Shown: piece after piece, positions 50,211 to 62,794 of the stretch | How positions within the stretch are numbered: the stretch's first letter is position 1 | How the letters are laid out: the number at the start of each line of letters is the position of its first letter | Source: Heptranchias perlo | Taxonomy: Eukaryota | Length of the DNA: 64,000 bases | Assembly (NCBI RefSeq): GCF_035084215.1 | Contig: NC_090359.1 | Coordinates: forward strand, 24,738,001 to 24,802,000 | Direction: 5' to 3' | The notes under the pieces: generated by a model | Seen by the model: only the letters and a program-made list of their open reading frames with translations | Told to the model about the DNA's origin: nothing | Databases searched by the model: none | Made by a program: the position numbers and the translations under genes

Positions 50211-51293
50211 ACGAAACTGTTTTTTTTTTAGTGCACTGCCTTTCCCGTCGAGGGCTGTGAGTCAGGCCGTGACCTGCCCGTGGAAACAGTGCCTCTCGTT
50301 ACGGAAACAACCCAGAGTCAAGACGAGTCTGTTACGGACAGGCAAATGTAGGCGTACGCTGTGGAGAGCTGCTCCGCTGGCTTATGGTAGATTGGAATCA
50401 AATGTCTTACTCTGGGCAGGCAGCAATGGAAGAAATGAGTTGTCTCGTTGTACCCCTCGGCACAGGAGACGCTAACTAACTAACTAACTAACTAACTCGT
50501 TGGACAGGCAGTAGGAAGCCCACCATTCTTTGCTGGGGGAGAGGGGAAAGAGCGGGGGTGGGGGCAGCATTTTTTTTACTGGTTAAATTCCTTCTGCTGG
50601 AATGGTACCAGGGATGGGGGACTTCAATTATGTGGAGAGACTGGAGAAGCTGGGGTTGTTCTCCTTAGAGCAGAAAAGGTTAAGGGGAGATTAAATCGAG
50701 GTGTTCAAAATCATGAAGGGTTTCGATAGAGTAAATAAGGAGAAACTGTTTCCACTGGCAGGAGGGTCGGTAACCCAGAGGACGCAGATTGAAGGTAAAA
50801 GAACCAGAGGGGGGGATATGAGGAGAACATTTTTTTACACAGCGAGTTGTGACAAGGGCGGTGGAAGCAGATTCAATAATAACTTTCAAAAGGGAATTGG
50901 ATAAATACTTGAAGGGGAAAAATTTGCAGGGCTGTGGGGAAGGAGTGGGGACGAATTGGATAGCTCTTTCAAAGAGCCAGCACAGGCACGATAGGGCCGA
51001 ACGACCTCCATTCTGCGCTGTATCGTTCTATAATTCTACGAAATGCTGGCTCGTTTGCAGCTGATTCAGATTGAGATAAAATTTGATTTCATTGGGTTTT
51101 GGAACGATTCATGTAGCAGCCAACCAAAAGGAACTTCCTGAACGGAAACAGTCAATATTACAACACAGAAGCACTTAGACCTTCAGAAATGATGACAGCG
51201 TTGAGGTGAAGTGTAAAAGGTACGGGCGAGACTCACCGCCTTCCGATTCTCGGGGAGACAAGTACTCGCACCCCAGAACTCGCTGCGTCGACG

Positions 51294-51360
51294 ATGGCCG
51301 CTCCTTTCACCGTCCTGAGCTCAGCGCTATGGATAAGCCTCGTCTCGCTCCCCATTCCAG
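51294..51360 (+). CDS. Single-IgV membrane receptor, exon 1 (signal peptide MAAPFTVLSSALWISLVSLPIP)
   Basis: ACGATGG start, hydrophobic leader, phase-1 donor CAG|GTAAT; splices in frame to the V exon. Confidence 0.75.
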
Positions 51361-52034
51361 GTAATCCGGCCATTCCTACCGCTCCTCTCCTGTTTTTCCG
51401 CGCTCTCTCTCCCTTTTTGTTTTGCCGGTTTTCAAATGAGGCTTCTTCAAAGAATCGTACGGCACAGCAGGAGGCCGTTCAGCCCATCGTGCCTGTGCCA
51501 GCTCTTTGAAAGAGCCATCCAATTAATCCCACTTCCCTTTCCCCACAGCCCTGCAACTTTTTCCTTTTCAAGTGTTTATATATATATATATATAAGTAAT
51601 TCCCCCCCCCCCACCGACTTTTAAAAGTTACGATTGAATCTGCTTCCACCGCCCTTTCAGGCAGTGAATTCCAGATCATCACAACTCGCTGCGTTAAAAA
51701 AAAAAGTCTCCTCGTCTCCCCTCTAGTTCTTTTACCGATTACCTTAAATCTGCGTCCTCTGATTACCGACCCTCCTGCCAGTGGAAGTCGTCGCTCCTTA
51801 TTTACTCCATCGAAACCCTTCTCGGTTTTGCTGCGAGTGGGATCTTGCTGTGCGCAATATGGTGACGTAACAGTCACTGGCTGTACTTCAGGTGGAGCGG
51901 CGGTCCTGCTTATCGTCCCTGTCTTCGTGCCTAGCACCGTGTAAAAGCCTTGCATTGAGATTAAATCTCACCTTAACCTTCTCTGCTTTAAGGAGAACAA
52001 CACTCTCGCTTTTTCTCTTACCCCCCCCACACAG

Positions 52035-52409
52035 CTGCAATGGGGAGGTACTCGGTCTGTCAGAATCCACCTTATCTCTCCGTGCGGGAGGGTGAACCCA
52101 TCCGCATCAGTTGCAGTTTTAATTACAGCGGCCGAAGGGAGCTCGAGACTGTCGTCTTCAAATGGTTTGTGAATAATGTCACTCACCAATTAGTAAAGAC
52201 GGCTTCAAACAAGACCTACTGGAACGATTCGGAACAGGTGACGTTAGGACTGCGGATCGAGGGGGATTTAGAACGTAAATTCACGACCCTGATCGTGGAC
52301 CGTGCGACTAGAAACGACGGCGGAGTCTACGTGTGTCATGTGTCGATAATCAAACCGCTCTTAAATCAACGGGACCTTCACAGCAATGGGACTGTGGTCA
52401 CGGTACTGG
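52035..52409 (+). CDS. Single-IgV membrane receptor, exon 2 (VJ-type Ig domain; CD28/TMIGD2/NKp30-like)
   Basis: CAG acceptor, phase 1/1. V-set motifs Q-x-P, B-strand Cys, C-strand Trp, D-x-G-x-Y-x-C (Cys pair 74 residues apart) and G-strand SNGTVVTV; 5 N-glycosylation sequons. Confidence 0.9.
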
Positions 52410-52636
52410 GTAAACTCTCTTTCCTCACTGGGCGGTGGTGGTGGGTTGGCGAGGGGAGGGCGGTGGAGATGGCGGTGTTAACAATCTCATTTTTGAACAC
52501 GCGTACCCCGGTATAGACGCGTCGTCTCGTGTACGATACTACGGGCCAACTCAAGAGGTGTAATTGGACGCCAGGCACTTTAAAAACAGCGATCGTTAGG
52601 GACAATGTTAGGAGGGAGACAGAAGATGGGTTAGTG

Positions 52637-54175
52637 TTTCACGGGCACCGACTCTCACCGGGGTACGGGTTCCACGGGCACTGACTCTCACCGGGGTACG
52701 GGTTCCACGGGCACTGACTCTCACCGGGGGACAGGTTCCACGGGCACTGACTCTCACCGGGGGACAGGTTCCACGGGCACTGACTCTCACCGGGGTACGG
52801 GTTCCACGGGCACTGACTCTCACCGGGGGACAGGTTCCACAGTCACTGACTCTCACCGGGGGACAGGTTCCACGGGCACTGACTCTCACCGGGGTACGGG
52901 TTCCACGGGCACTGACTCTCACCGGGGTACGGGTTCCACGGGCACTGACTCTCACCGGGGGACAGGTTCCACAGACACTGACTCTCACCGGGGGACAGGT
53001 TCCACAGACACTGACTCTCACCGGGGGACAGGTTCCACGGGCACTGACTCTCACCGGGGTACGGGTTCCACGGGCACTGACTCTCACTGGGGTACGGGTT
53101 CCACGGGCACTGACTCTCACCGGGGGACAGGTTCCACGGGCACTGACTCTCACTGGGGTACGGGTTCCACGGGCACTGACTCTCACTGGGGTACGGGTTC
53201 CACGGGCACTGACTCTCACTGGGGTACGGGTTCCACGGGCACTGACTCTCACCGGGGTACGGGTTCCACGGGCACTGACTCTCACCGGGGTACGGGTTCC
53301 ACGGGCACTGACTCTCACCGGGGTACGGGTTCCACGGGCACTGACTCTCACCGGGGTACGGGTTCCACGGGCACTGACTCTCACCGGGGTACGGGTTCCA
53401 CGGGCACTGACTCTCACTGGGGTACGGGTTCCACAGACACTGACTCTCACTGGGGTACGGGTTCCACGGGCACTGACTCTCACTGGGGTACGGGTTCCAC
53501 AGTCACTGACTCTCACCGGGGTACGGGTTCCACAGGCACTGACTCTCACTGGGGTACAGTTCCACGGGCACTGACTCTCACTGGGGTACGGGTTCCACAG
53601 GCACTGACTCTCACTGGGGTACAGTTCCACGGGCACTGACTCTCACTGGGGTACGGGTTCCACGGGCACTGACTCTCACTGGGGTACGGGTTCCACAGAC
53701 ACTGACTCTCACTGGGGTACGGGTTCCACGGGCACTGACTCTCACTGGGGTACAGTTCCACGGGCACTGACTCTCACTGGGGTACGGGTTCCACGGGCAC
53801 TGACTCTCACTGGGGTGCGGGTTCCACAGACACTGACTCTCACCGGGGTACGGATTCCACAGACACTGACTCTCACTGGGGTACGGGTTCCACAGACACT
53901 GACTCTCACTGGGGTACGGGTTCCACAGACACTGACTCTCACTGGGGTACAGTTCCACGGGCACTGACTCTCATTGGGGTACGGGTTCCACACACACTGA
54001 CTCTCACTGGGGTACGGGTTCCACAGACACTGACTCTCACTGGGGTACGGGTTCCACAGACACTGACTCTCACTGGGGTACAGTTCCACGGTCACTGACT
54101 CTCACTGGGGTACGGGTTCCACGGGCACTGACTCTCACTGGGGTACTGGCTATTGTTCCATGGGCACTGACTCTC
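52637..54175 (+). repeat. 33-bp VNTR (TTCCACGGGCACTGACTCTCACYGGGGTACGGG) in intron 2 of the IgV gene
   Basis: About 46 tandem copies. Confidence 0.95.
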
Positions 54176-54179
54176 CCTG

Positions 54180-54960
54180 TTAGTCTCCCTGGTAAATACT
54201 GAGGCAAAGTAATTATTTAATATTTCTGCCATTTTGGCGATACTACCTGTGAGTTTATTGTGTGTATATCTTAGTGGCCCGATCCCTATCCTGATTTTTC
54301 TTTTGTTATTTATGTGTCTGTAAAATACTTTACTATTTCTTTTTATATTCCTCGATAATTTAATTTTGTAGTTTCTCTTTGCACCCTAATTGTTTTTTTA
54401 AACGTCTTTTCTAACCTTTTCATGTTCTCTTGTGTCATCCTCTCCTTTATTGTCTATGTAATTAGTGTCTGCCTTTTTCTTCAGTTTCAATTTTGCCCTG
54501 ACCTCTTTATTCAGCCATGGTGTATTATTACTGACTAGTTTGTTCTTGCTTTGTGGTGGGGTATATATCTCCTGGACTCTATTGGTCACCATTTTAAATG
54601 TTTCCCACTTCTGTTCTATTTCTTTGTTTATCATAGAATCATAGATCTTATCAGTTAATTTTTCCAGCATATTTTCCCTCGTTCCAATCTCATCCTCTGA
54701 AAATCAGCTTCCTTCCAATTTATTACTTTGGTCTTTGTCTTGCTTACGTCCTTCTCAATCTTTATCTTAAAGCTTATTATGATGTGATCGCTATTGCCTA
54801 GATGTTCCCCTACCATTACTTCCCTTATCTGCTCGGGTTCATTTCCCATTACCAGATCCAGCAGTGCTTCCTCTCTTGTTGGGCTTTTAACATACTGGGT
54901 GAGAAGGGAGTCCTAAACACACTGTAAAAAAAACTCCATTCCCTCTACCCCTTTACCTAC
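54180..54960 (-). mobile_element. Old CR1 ORF2 fragment (endonuclease-RT linker)
   Basis: Translation VGEHLGNSDHIIISF..NWKEADF..PWLNKEV. Confidence 0.75.
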
Positions 54961-55290
54961 CTCTTGGCAGTTTATTTGGCGCTATTATTCTTTGCCCTTT
55001 GCTTATTTCACTGCCCTCTGCGACCTCTCCAAAGTGCTCATTCTTCGTGGACAGACCCGGATAGTGAGAGTCAGCTTGCTATTTGACTGTGGGTGGCATC
55101 GCAAGTGAGCCCGATCCTGTGGTCACCACATGTCCCCACACTTTCGAGCAGGGGTTAGCGTTAAAACAGCACAGAGATGGCCAGCGTGGTAAAGGAGTCT
55201 TCGCGAGGTTGTGATTTCCACCCTGAGTGGCGAGGGGAGCTAAAAACATGACTTAGCGACGCTGGCAAATTGTTTCCTCTCGTGTTTTAG

Positions 55291-55392
55291 ATGCGAAAGC
55301 GGCCTCCTCGCCCATTTTCTACGTGACCATGAGCGGACTGGCCCTGGGCCTCTTGCTCACCGTTTGCCTGTTAACGAGGACAGCCTGCCGAG
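55291..55392 (+). CDS. Single-IgV membrane receptor, exon 3 (stalk + TM: DAKAASSPIFYVTMSGLALGLLLTVCLLTRTACR)
   Basis: TTTTAG acceptor, G|GTAAGA donor, phase 1/1; about 20-aa uncharged hydrophobic segment followed by Arg residues. Confidence 0.8.
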
Positions 55393-55639
55393 GTAAGATG
55401 CTTTCCGTCTCTCTCTTCCACTTTCTTCCCCCCTGTCAACTCACACTGCGGGGGCTGGGAGGGGGGTGGGGGGCGCAGTCATTCGTTCTCGGGAGCAGGG
55501 CGCCGTTCGGCAAGGCTGCATTGGTCCTCCGCCGCTGGTTACCCTCAGAAGGTGGCGGTGGGCCTTCTGCTTGAACCGCTGCGGCCCCTGTGGTGATGGG
55601 GCTCCAAGTGGTGGGATTTGGAGGATTTGCACCGCAGCA

Positions 55640-55965
55640 ACTCGCCAAGGCTTCTCCGACAGCACCTCCCAAACCCGCGGCCTCTACCACCTAGAAGGAC
55701 AAGGGCAGCGGGCACATGGGAACAACACCACCTGCACGTTCCCCTCCAAGTCACACACCATCCCGACTTGGAAATATATCGGCCGTTCCTTCATCGTCGC
55801 TGGGTCAAAATCCTGGAACTCCCTTCCTAACAGCACTGTGGGAGAACCGTCACCACACGGACTGCAGCGGTTCAAGAGGGCGGCTCACCACCACCTTCTC
55901 AAGGGGCATCTCAGGATGAGCAATAAATGCCGGCCTCGCCAGCGACACCCACATCCCGAGAATGA
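55640..55965 (+). mobile_element. Non-LTR retrotransposon 3' end (clade uncertain, RTE-X-like); related pieces at about 4290-4375, 17215-17330 and 55500-55620
   Basis: Translation SFIVAGSKSWNSLP..LQRFKRAAHHHLLKG; recurs in the window. Confidence 0.6.
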
Positions 55966-56180
55966 ATTTTTAAAAAACGACCCTGCCTTTCATCTAGTAG
56001 CCTGTGGGCTGAGGCTCCTGAGTTTCTATGGTTTAGTTCTGAGTGGTGTTTAGTGTCTGTCTCAAATTATGAAACACAATAAAGGTGACACATCAACTGA
56101 CATTTAAAACGGGGATCAAAGCACAAAATTAATTTCTTTAATGAGCCCATTTTGTGTCTCACATGTACAGTCTGTACGAT

Positions 56181-56508
56181 TCCATCAAACACTCCCAGGG
56201 CAGGTACAGCAAGGGTTAGATACAGAGTAAAGCTCCCTCTACACTGTCCCATCAAACACTCCCAGGGCAGGTACAGCATGGGTTAGATACAGAGTAAAGC
56301 TCCCTCTACACTGTCCCAACAAACACTCCCGGGTTAGATACAGAGTAAAGCTCCCTCTACATGTCCCATCAAACACTCCCAGGGCAGGAACAGCACGGGT
56401 TAGATACAGAGTAAAGCTCCCTCTACGCTGTCCCATCAAACACTCCCAGGGCGGGTACAGCATAGGTTAGATTCAGAGTAAAGCTCCCTCTCCGCTGTCC
56501 CATCAAAC
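56181..56508 (+). repeat. 67-bp minisatellite array
   Basis: About 5 copies. Confidence 0.9.
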
Positions 56509-56653
56509 AACAATGAGATGCACGGCCGATTAATCTGTCTTTTGGTGGCGTTTGTAACCCGAGGAGTGTTGCCTCAGGGCGGCATTATTGCAGGGCTTGA
56601 CCAGCTGCTTAACGAACTGATCATAAGATTTTCTATTTCTGTACTTTATCTAG

Positions 56654-56733
56654 GAAATGTTGACAAAACAGCGCAGGCCTCCCCCACAAGTGGACAAGAG
56701 CCCTGCAGCAGTCAGTATAATAATGACCCACAG
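56654..56733 (+). CDS. Single-IgV membrane receptor, exon 4 (cytoplasmic GNVDKTAQASPTSGQEPCSSQYNNDPQ); terminal exon not identified
   Basis: T-rich tract plus TAG acceptor; consensus CAG|GTGAGT donor; open in the frame set by exon 3. Confidence 0.65.
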
Positions 56734-57520
56734 GTGAGTCAGGATCTGTGCACTTAGAGAGTGTGGTCAATCACCCATGGCATTCCGCATAGGGAGTTCA
56801 GATCAAGTGTAACCATCAGGTGAAGTGGGGGATAATGGAACCAGGGTTCGCAGACAGCATTCAGTCCCCGTTTTAAAGCTATACCTTCCATCGTTAATTG
56901 TAATTAATACTTTGATTTGATATTATTATTTACATCTAAATAGGAAGCTGAGGGCAATTTGGGGGGGGGCCAAGAAGTAGAGTTCATTGGAGCACAAGAG
57001 TTTCTCTGGAGTGCAGGCTATGGGGCTGGGAGACGTGAAACTGAGGGGCTACAGCGCCGCCAGTGGTGGGAGGGTGTATTCACAGCGTGACACGTTTACG
57101 TAGGTTATTTCCATTGTAAACAGGGGCATGGGGAATTTATAATGGCGAAAGTCAATGCAAAAATGTGACAATAGGATGCAGCTTTCCAAGATAGGACGTG
57201 TACACAGATGTAAAACTTAAAAAAAATATATATATTCCAGATGTCTCGAAAGTAAAGTTAAAAAAATTGTAAAGAGGTGGGTGAGCAGCGGGTTAAACAC
57301 TGACCTTTGAACTCAGGGACTTGAGCTGAACCCAGCCTCCTGGGCTGAAGGCCTCCTGTATTTCCTGGGTCTGTGGTTCAACGTGACAGAGTGTGAGTAA
57401 TCTCCTCGAAACAGTTTCACATTGACAGAAGTTGAAAAGCTCTCCTGTTTTCATCAGTCATCTCCAAACTGCACACAATAACAACTTTTAAAAATGGAAA
57501 TAGGAACTTGGAACAGCTCA

Positions 57521-58363
57521 GAGACAGAGTAAAGCTCCCTCTACACTGTCCCGTCAAACACTCCCAGGGCAGGTACAGCACGGGTTAGATACAGAGTAAA
57601 GCTCCCTCTACACTGTCCCATCAAACACTCCCAGGACAGCTTACAGCACGGGTTAGATACAGAGTAAAGCTCCCTCTACACTGTCCCGTCAAACACTCCC
57701 AGGGCAGGTTACAGCATGGGTTTGATACAGAGTAAAGCTCCCTCTACACTGTCCCATCAAACACTCCCAGGGCAGGTACAGCACGGGTTAGATACAGAGT
57801 AAAGCTCCCTCTACACTGTCCCATCAAACACTCCCCGGGCAGGTACAGCACGGGTTAGATACAGAGTAAAGCTCCCTCTACACTGTCCCGTCAAACACTC
57901 CCGGGGCAGGTACAGCACGGGTTAGATACAGAGTAAAGCTCCCTCTACACTGTCCCATCAAACACTCCCAGGGCGGGTACAACACGGGTTAGATACAGAG
58001 TAAAGCTCCCTCTACACTGTCCCATCAAACACTCCCAGGGCGGGTACAACACGGGTTAGATACAGAGTAAAGCTCCCTCTACACTGTCCCATCAAACACT
58101 CCCAGGGCGGGTACAACACGGGTTAGATACAGAGTAAAGCTCCCTCTACACTGTCCCATCAAACACTCCCAGGGCAGGTACAGCACGGGTTAGATACAGA
58201 GTAAAGCCCCCTCTACACTGTCCCATCAAACACTCCCAGGGCAGGTACAGCACGGGTTAGATACAGAGTAAAGCTCCCTCTACACTGTCCCATCAAACAC
58301 TCCCAGGGCAGGTACAGCATGGGTTAGATACAGAGTAAAGCTCCCTCTACACTGTCCCATCAA
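57521..58363 (+). repeat. 67-bp minisatellite array
   Basis: About 12.5 copies. Confidence 0.95.
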
Positions 58364-58519
58364 CGTAGCTCAGTCCCAACATGAGAGAACATCCCCAACT
58401 GCACAAGTGTGACATTTTTCCACTTCTGACCCTCGCCCACTTGTGACCTTTAAGTGAGATTTTGTGCAAATTAATTCTGTGTTGTGGGCAAAACTCATTT
58501 TCTCTGTGCCACATTGTTG

Positions 58520-59465
58520 TATCATAGTAGGTACAGCACAGGAGGAGGCCATTCGGCCCATCGTGCCTGTGCCGGCTCTTTCAAAGAGCTATCCAATTAG
58601 TTCCACTCCCCTGCTCTTTCCCCACAGCCCTGTAAATTTTTTCCCTTCAAGTATTTATCCAATTCCCTTTTGAAAGTTACTATTGAATCTGCTTCCATCG
58701 CCCTTTCAGGCAGCACATTCCAGATCATAACAACTCGCTGTGTAAAAAAATGTTTCCTCATGTCGCCTCTGGCTCTTTTGCCAATTATCTTAAATCTGTG
58801 TCCTCTGGTTACCGACCCTCCTGCCACTGGAAACAGTTTCTCCTTATTCACTCTCTCAAAACCCCTTCATGATTTTGAACACCTCTATTAAATCTCCTCT
58901 CAACCTTCACTGCTCGAAGGAGAACAACCCCAGCTTCTCCAGTCTCTCCACATAACTGAAGTCCCTCATCCCTGGAACCATTCTAGTAAATCTCCTCTGC
59001 ACCCTCTCCAAGGCCTTGACATCCTTCCTATAGTGTGGTGCCCAGAATTGAACACAATACTCCAGCTGAGGCCTAACCAGTGTTTTATAAAGGTTTAGCA
59101 TAACATCCTTGATTTTGTACTCTGTGCCTCTATTAATAAAGCCCAGGATCCCATATGCTTTTTTAACAGCCTTCTCAACTTGTCCTGCCACCTCCAATGA
59201 TTTGTGCACATACACCCCCAGGTCTCTCTGTTCCTGCACCCCCTTTAAAATTGTACCATTTAGTTTATTTTGCCTCTCCTCATTCTTCCTACCAAAACGA
59301 ATCACTTCACACTTCTCTGCATTAAATTTCATCTGCCACGTGTCCACCCATTTCACCAGTCTGTCTATATCCTCCTGAAGTCTGTTACCATCCTCCACAT
59401 TGTTTACTACATTTCCGAGTTTCGTGTCATCTGCAAACTTTGAAATTTTACCCTCTGAACCCATA
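58520..59465 (-). mobile_element. CR1 3' fragment
   Basis: Translation ISKFADDTKLG..LVRPQLEYCVQFWAP. Confidence 0.9.
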
Positions 59466-59589
59466 TTTATTTATATAATGATTTATATAATGTGTTCATC
59501 ACAATCCAAGTCCTGCATTTTGTATAACATGTCAACAAATTACAACTGGACAACATTTCAGTGGGATGAGAACAGATCTGGCCCGGGTA

Positions 59590-62470
59590 AATTGGAATCA
59601 AAGATTGACAGGCAAAACTGTAATTGAACAGTGGGCGGCCTTTAAGGAGGAGATGGTTTGGGTACAGTCTAGGTACATTCTCACAAGGGGGAAAGGGAGG
59701 GGGCAACTAAAGCCAGAGCTCCCTGGATGACGAAAGAGATAGAGAGTAAGATGAAACAGAAAAAATGGGCGTATGACAGATGTCAGGTTGATATCACAAG
59801 TGAGAACCAGGCAGAATATAGAAAGTTCAGAGGGGAAGTGAAAAAGGAAATAAGAGGGGCAAAGAGAGATTATGAGAATAGACTGGCGGCCAACATAAAA
59901 GGGAATCCAAAAGTCTTCTACAGGCATGTAAACAGTAAACGGGTAGTAAGAGGAGGGGTGGGGCCGATTAGGGGCCATAAAGGAGATCTACTCATGGAGG
60001 CAGAGGGGATGGCCGAGGTACTAAATGAGTACTTTGTATCTGTCTTTAACAAGGAAGAAGATGCTGCCAGAGTCTCAGTAAAAGGAAGATATAGTTGAGA
60101 TACTGGATGGGCTAAAAATTGATAAAGAAGAGGTACTAGAAAGGCTAGCTATACTTAAAGTAGATAAGTCACCCGGTCCGGATGGGATGCATCCTAGGTT
60201 GCTGAGGGAAGTAAGGGTGGAAATTGCGGAGGTACTGGCCATAATCTTCCAAACATCCGTAGATACGGGAGGGTGCCAGAGGACTGGAGAATTGCAAATG
60301 TTACACCCTTGTTCAAAAAAGGGTGTACGGATAAACCCAGCAACTACAGGCCAGTCAGTTTAACCTCAGTGGTGGGGAAACTTTTAGAAACAATAATCTG
60401 GGACAGAATTAACAGTCACTTGGATGAGTGTGGATTGATTAGGGAAAGCCAGCACGGATTTGTTAAAGGCAAATCGTGTTTAACTAACCTGATAGAGTTT
60501 TTTGATGAGGTAACAGAGAGGGGAGATGAGGGCAATGCAGGTGATGTGGTTTGCTAAAGTGTCGCACAGTAGGCTTATCATCAAGATTGCGGCCCATGGA
60601 ATAAAGGGGGCTGTAGCAACATAGATACAGAATTGGCTAAGTGACAGGAAACAGAGAGTAGTGGTGAACGGTTGTTTTTCGGACTGGAGGGAGGTGTACA
60701 GTGGTGTTCCCCATGGGTCGGTGCTGGGACCACTGCTTTTCTTGATATATATTAATGACTTGGACTTGGGTGTACAGGGCACAATTGCAAAATTTGCAGA
60801 TGACACAAAACAGTAGCAGTGAGGAGGATAGTGATAGACTTCAAGAGGATATAGACAGGTTGGTGGCATGGGCGGACACGTGGCAGATGAAATTTAACTC
60901 AGAGAAATGCAAAATGATACATTTCGGTAGGAAGAACGAGGAGAGGCAATATAAACTAAAGGGCACAACTCTAAAAGGGGTAGAGGAACAGAGAGATCTG
61001 GGGGTATATGTGCACAAATCATTGAAGGTGGCAGGGCAGGTTGAGAAAGCGGTTAAAAAAGTATATGGGATCTTGGGCTTTATAAATAGAGGCATAGAGT
61101 ACAACAGTATGGAAGTCATTGTGAACCTTTTATAAAACACTGGTTCGACAACAACTGGAGTATTGGGCTCGATTTTAGGAGGGAGACGGGTTGGCAGCGG
61201 GGGGTCGAATGGGCACGTGGGTAACGCGCCCAGTGAATTCGCGGAGCCCTGCACGCGATCGCAGCCTAATTGAAGCCACTTACCTTGGCTTCGCGCTGGA
61301 AAGCTGCGCAGCGGGCAGACTGCACACGCGCATCATAGGCCGTCAGCTGGAGGAGCCCTATTTAAAGGGGCAGTCCTCCACTGACTGATGCTGCAGAAAG
61401 GAGCCACAATTACAGCATGGAGCAGCCCAGGGGGAAGGCTGCTCCCAGGTTTAATGATGCCTCACTCCAGGTCCTACTGGATGGGATGAGGAGGGGGGAG
61501 GACAGAGATCTTCTCCCCGGCGGGCGGGAGGAAGCGGCCTGCCTCTGCCACCATGAAGGCGCGGCTTGAGGTGGCAGAGGGGGTCACCAGCACCACCCAC
61601 ATATCACGCACCTGCATACAGTGCAGGAGGCGCTGCAATGACCTAAGTAGGTCAGCCGAAATGAGTACACTTACTCATTCCCCTACACTCCGTCTGCCAC
61701 ATCACCGCCCCCACCCCACAACTCCTTCTGCACTGCCAACACTACTCTATCACATCACTCCTCACACCCACTCAAAGCTCATCCTCATCTTATCTGCACT
61801 TACTCACCTCGCCAGTACTCATCCCACCACGACCACTCAACCCAATCCTCATACAATCTCATGGCTCCGTCTCATACTCATCCTCTCATGCACCTCTTTC
61901 ATGGTCAGCCTCACCCACGAACCCGCCGACTCGGACGTCCGAAAATCGAGCCCATTGTGTCCAGTTCTGGGCACCGCACTTCAGGAAAGATATGAAGGCC
62001 TTAGAGAGGGTGCAAAAGAGATTTACTAGAATGACTCCAGAGATGAGGGGCTTCAGTTACGTGGATAGACTGGAGAAACTGGGGTTGTTCTCCTTGGAAC
62101 AGAGACGGTTGTGAGGAGATTTGATCGAGGTATTCAAAATCATGAAGGGTCCAGACAGAGCAGATAGAGAGAAACTGTTCCCATTGGCGGAAGGGTCGAG
62201 AACCAGAGGACATAGATTTAAGGTGATTGGCAAAAGAACCAAAGGCGACATGAGGAAAAACTTTTTTACACAGCGAGTGGTTAGGATCTGGAATGCACTG
62301 CCCGAGGGGGTGGTGGAGGCAGATTCAATCATGGCCTTCAAAAGGGAACTGGATAAGTACTTGAAAGGAAAAAAATTGCGAGGGAGTGGAACTAGCTGGA
62401 TTGCTCATGTGTAGAGCCGGCACAGACTCGATGGGCCGAATGGCCTCCTTCGGTGCTGTAACCTTTCTGT
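59590..62470 (+). mobile_element. Long decayed CR1 ORF2 interrupted by a Harbinger element (61165-61953)
   Basis: Translation PEDWRIANVTPLFKKG..NYRPVSLTSVVGK..QHGFVKGKSCLTNL; stops and frameshifts. Confidence 0.9.
61165..61953 (+). mobile_element. Short non-autonomous Harbinger (same family as 44451-46483)
   Basis: Perfect 12-bp TIR GGGCTCGATTTT/AAAATCGAGCCC; exact 3-bp TSD ATT; frameshifted Myb exon starting at ATG 61417. Confidence 0.9.
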
Positions 62471-62794
62471 GATTAAATTTAAAACAATGTACAGAAAAGG
62501 AGAGGAAGCCCATCATTTCCTGCTGGTTTTTGTTCTTGGCGTGACCTGGCGACATTAGTGGAGATAAAAGGAGAGTTTCCCTGCAGAAAACCCAGAATAA
62601 TTAGCCTCCCGTTCACCTCAATACCTATTTAGAGCATTTTCCCCACAGGGCGTAACTAAGCAGGGATCAGAACAAAAAAAAATTTTAAGTGCTAAATGCT
62701 GCTGCCAGCATTTTGTTACTTGATTGCTGTAATGGAGCTGCCCTGAAGCATACAGCGCAGTTCAAAAGCACCAACAAATCCCTGATGTCCCGAG

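Noticed and set aside
52379-52420. Possible RSS (CACAGCA) in the V exon, and CACAGTG at 22187
   Set aside because: No ACAAAAACC-like nonamer at 12 or 23 bp. The V exon already encodes its G strand and a splice donor, so it is not a rearranging segment.
52637-54175. CRISPR-like appearance of the 22-, 33- and 67-bp arrays
   Set aside because: No unique spacers, no cas genes, vertebrate context.
57124-57168. Candidate last exon of the IgV gene (GHGEFIMAKVNAKM*); alternatives near 57241 and 62649
   Set aside because: Several equally weak acceptors; cannot choose without transcripts, and the exon may lie outside the window.
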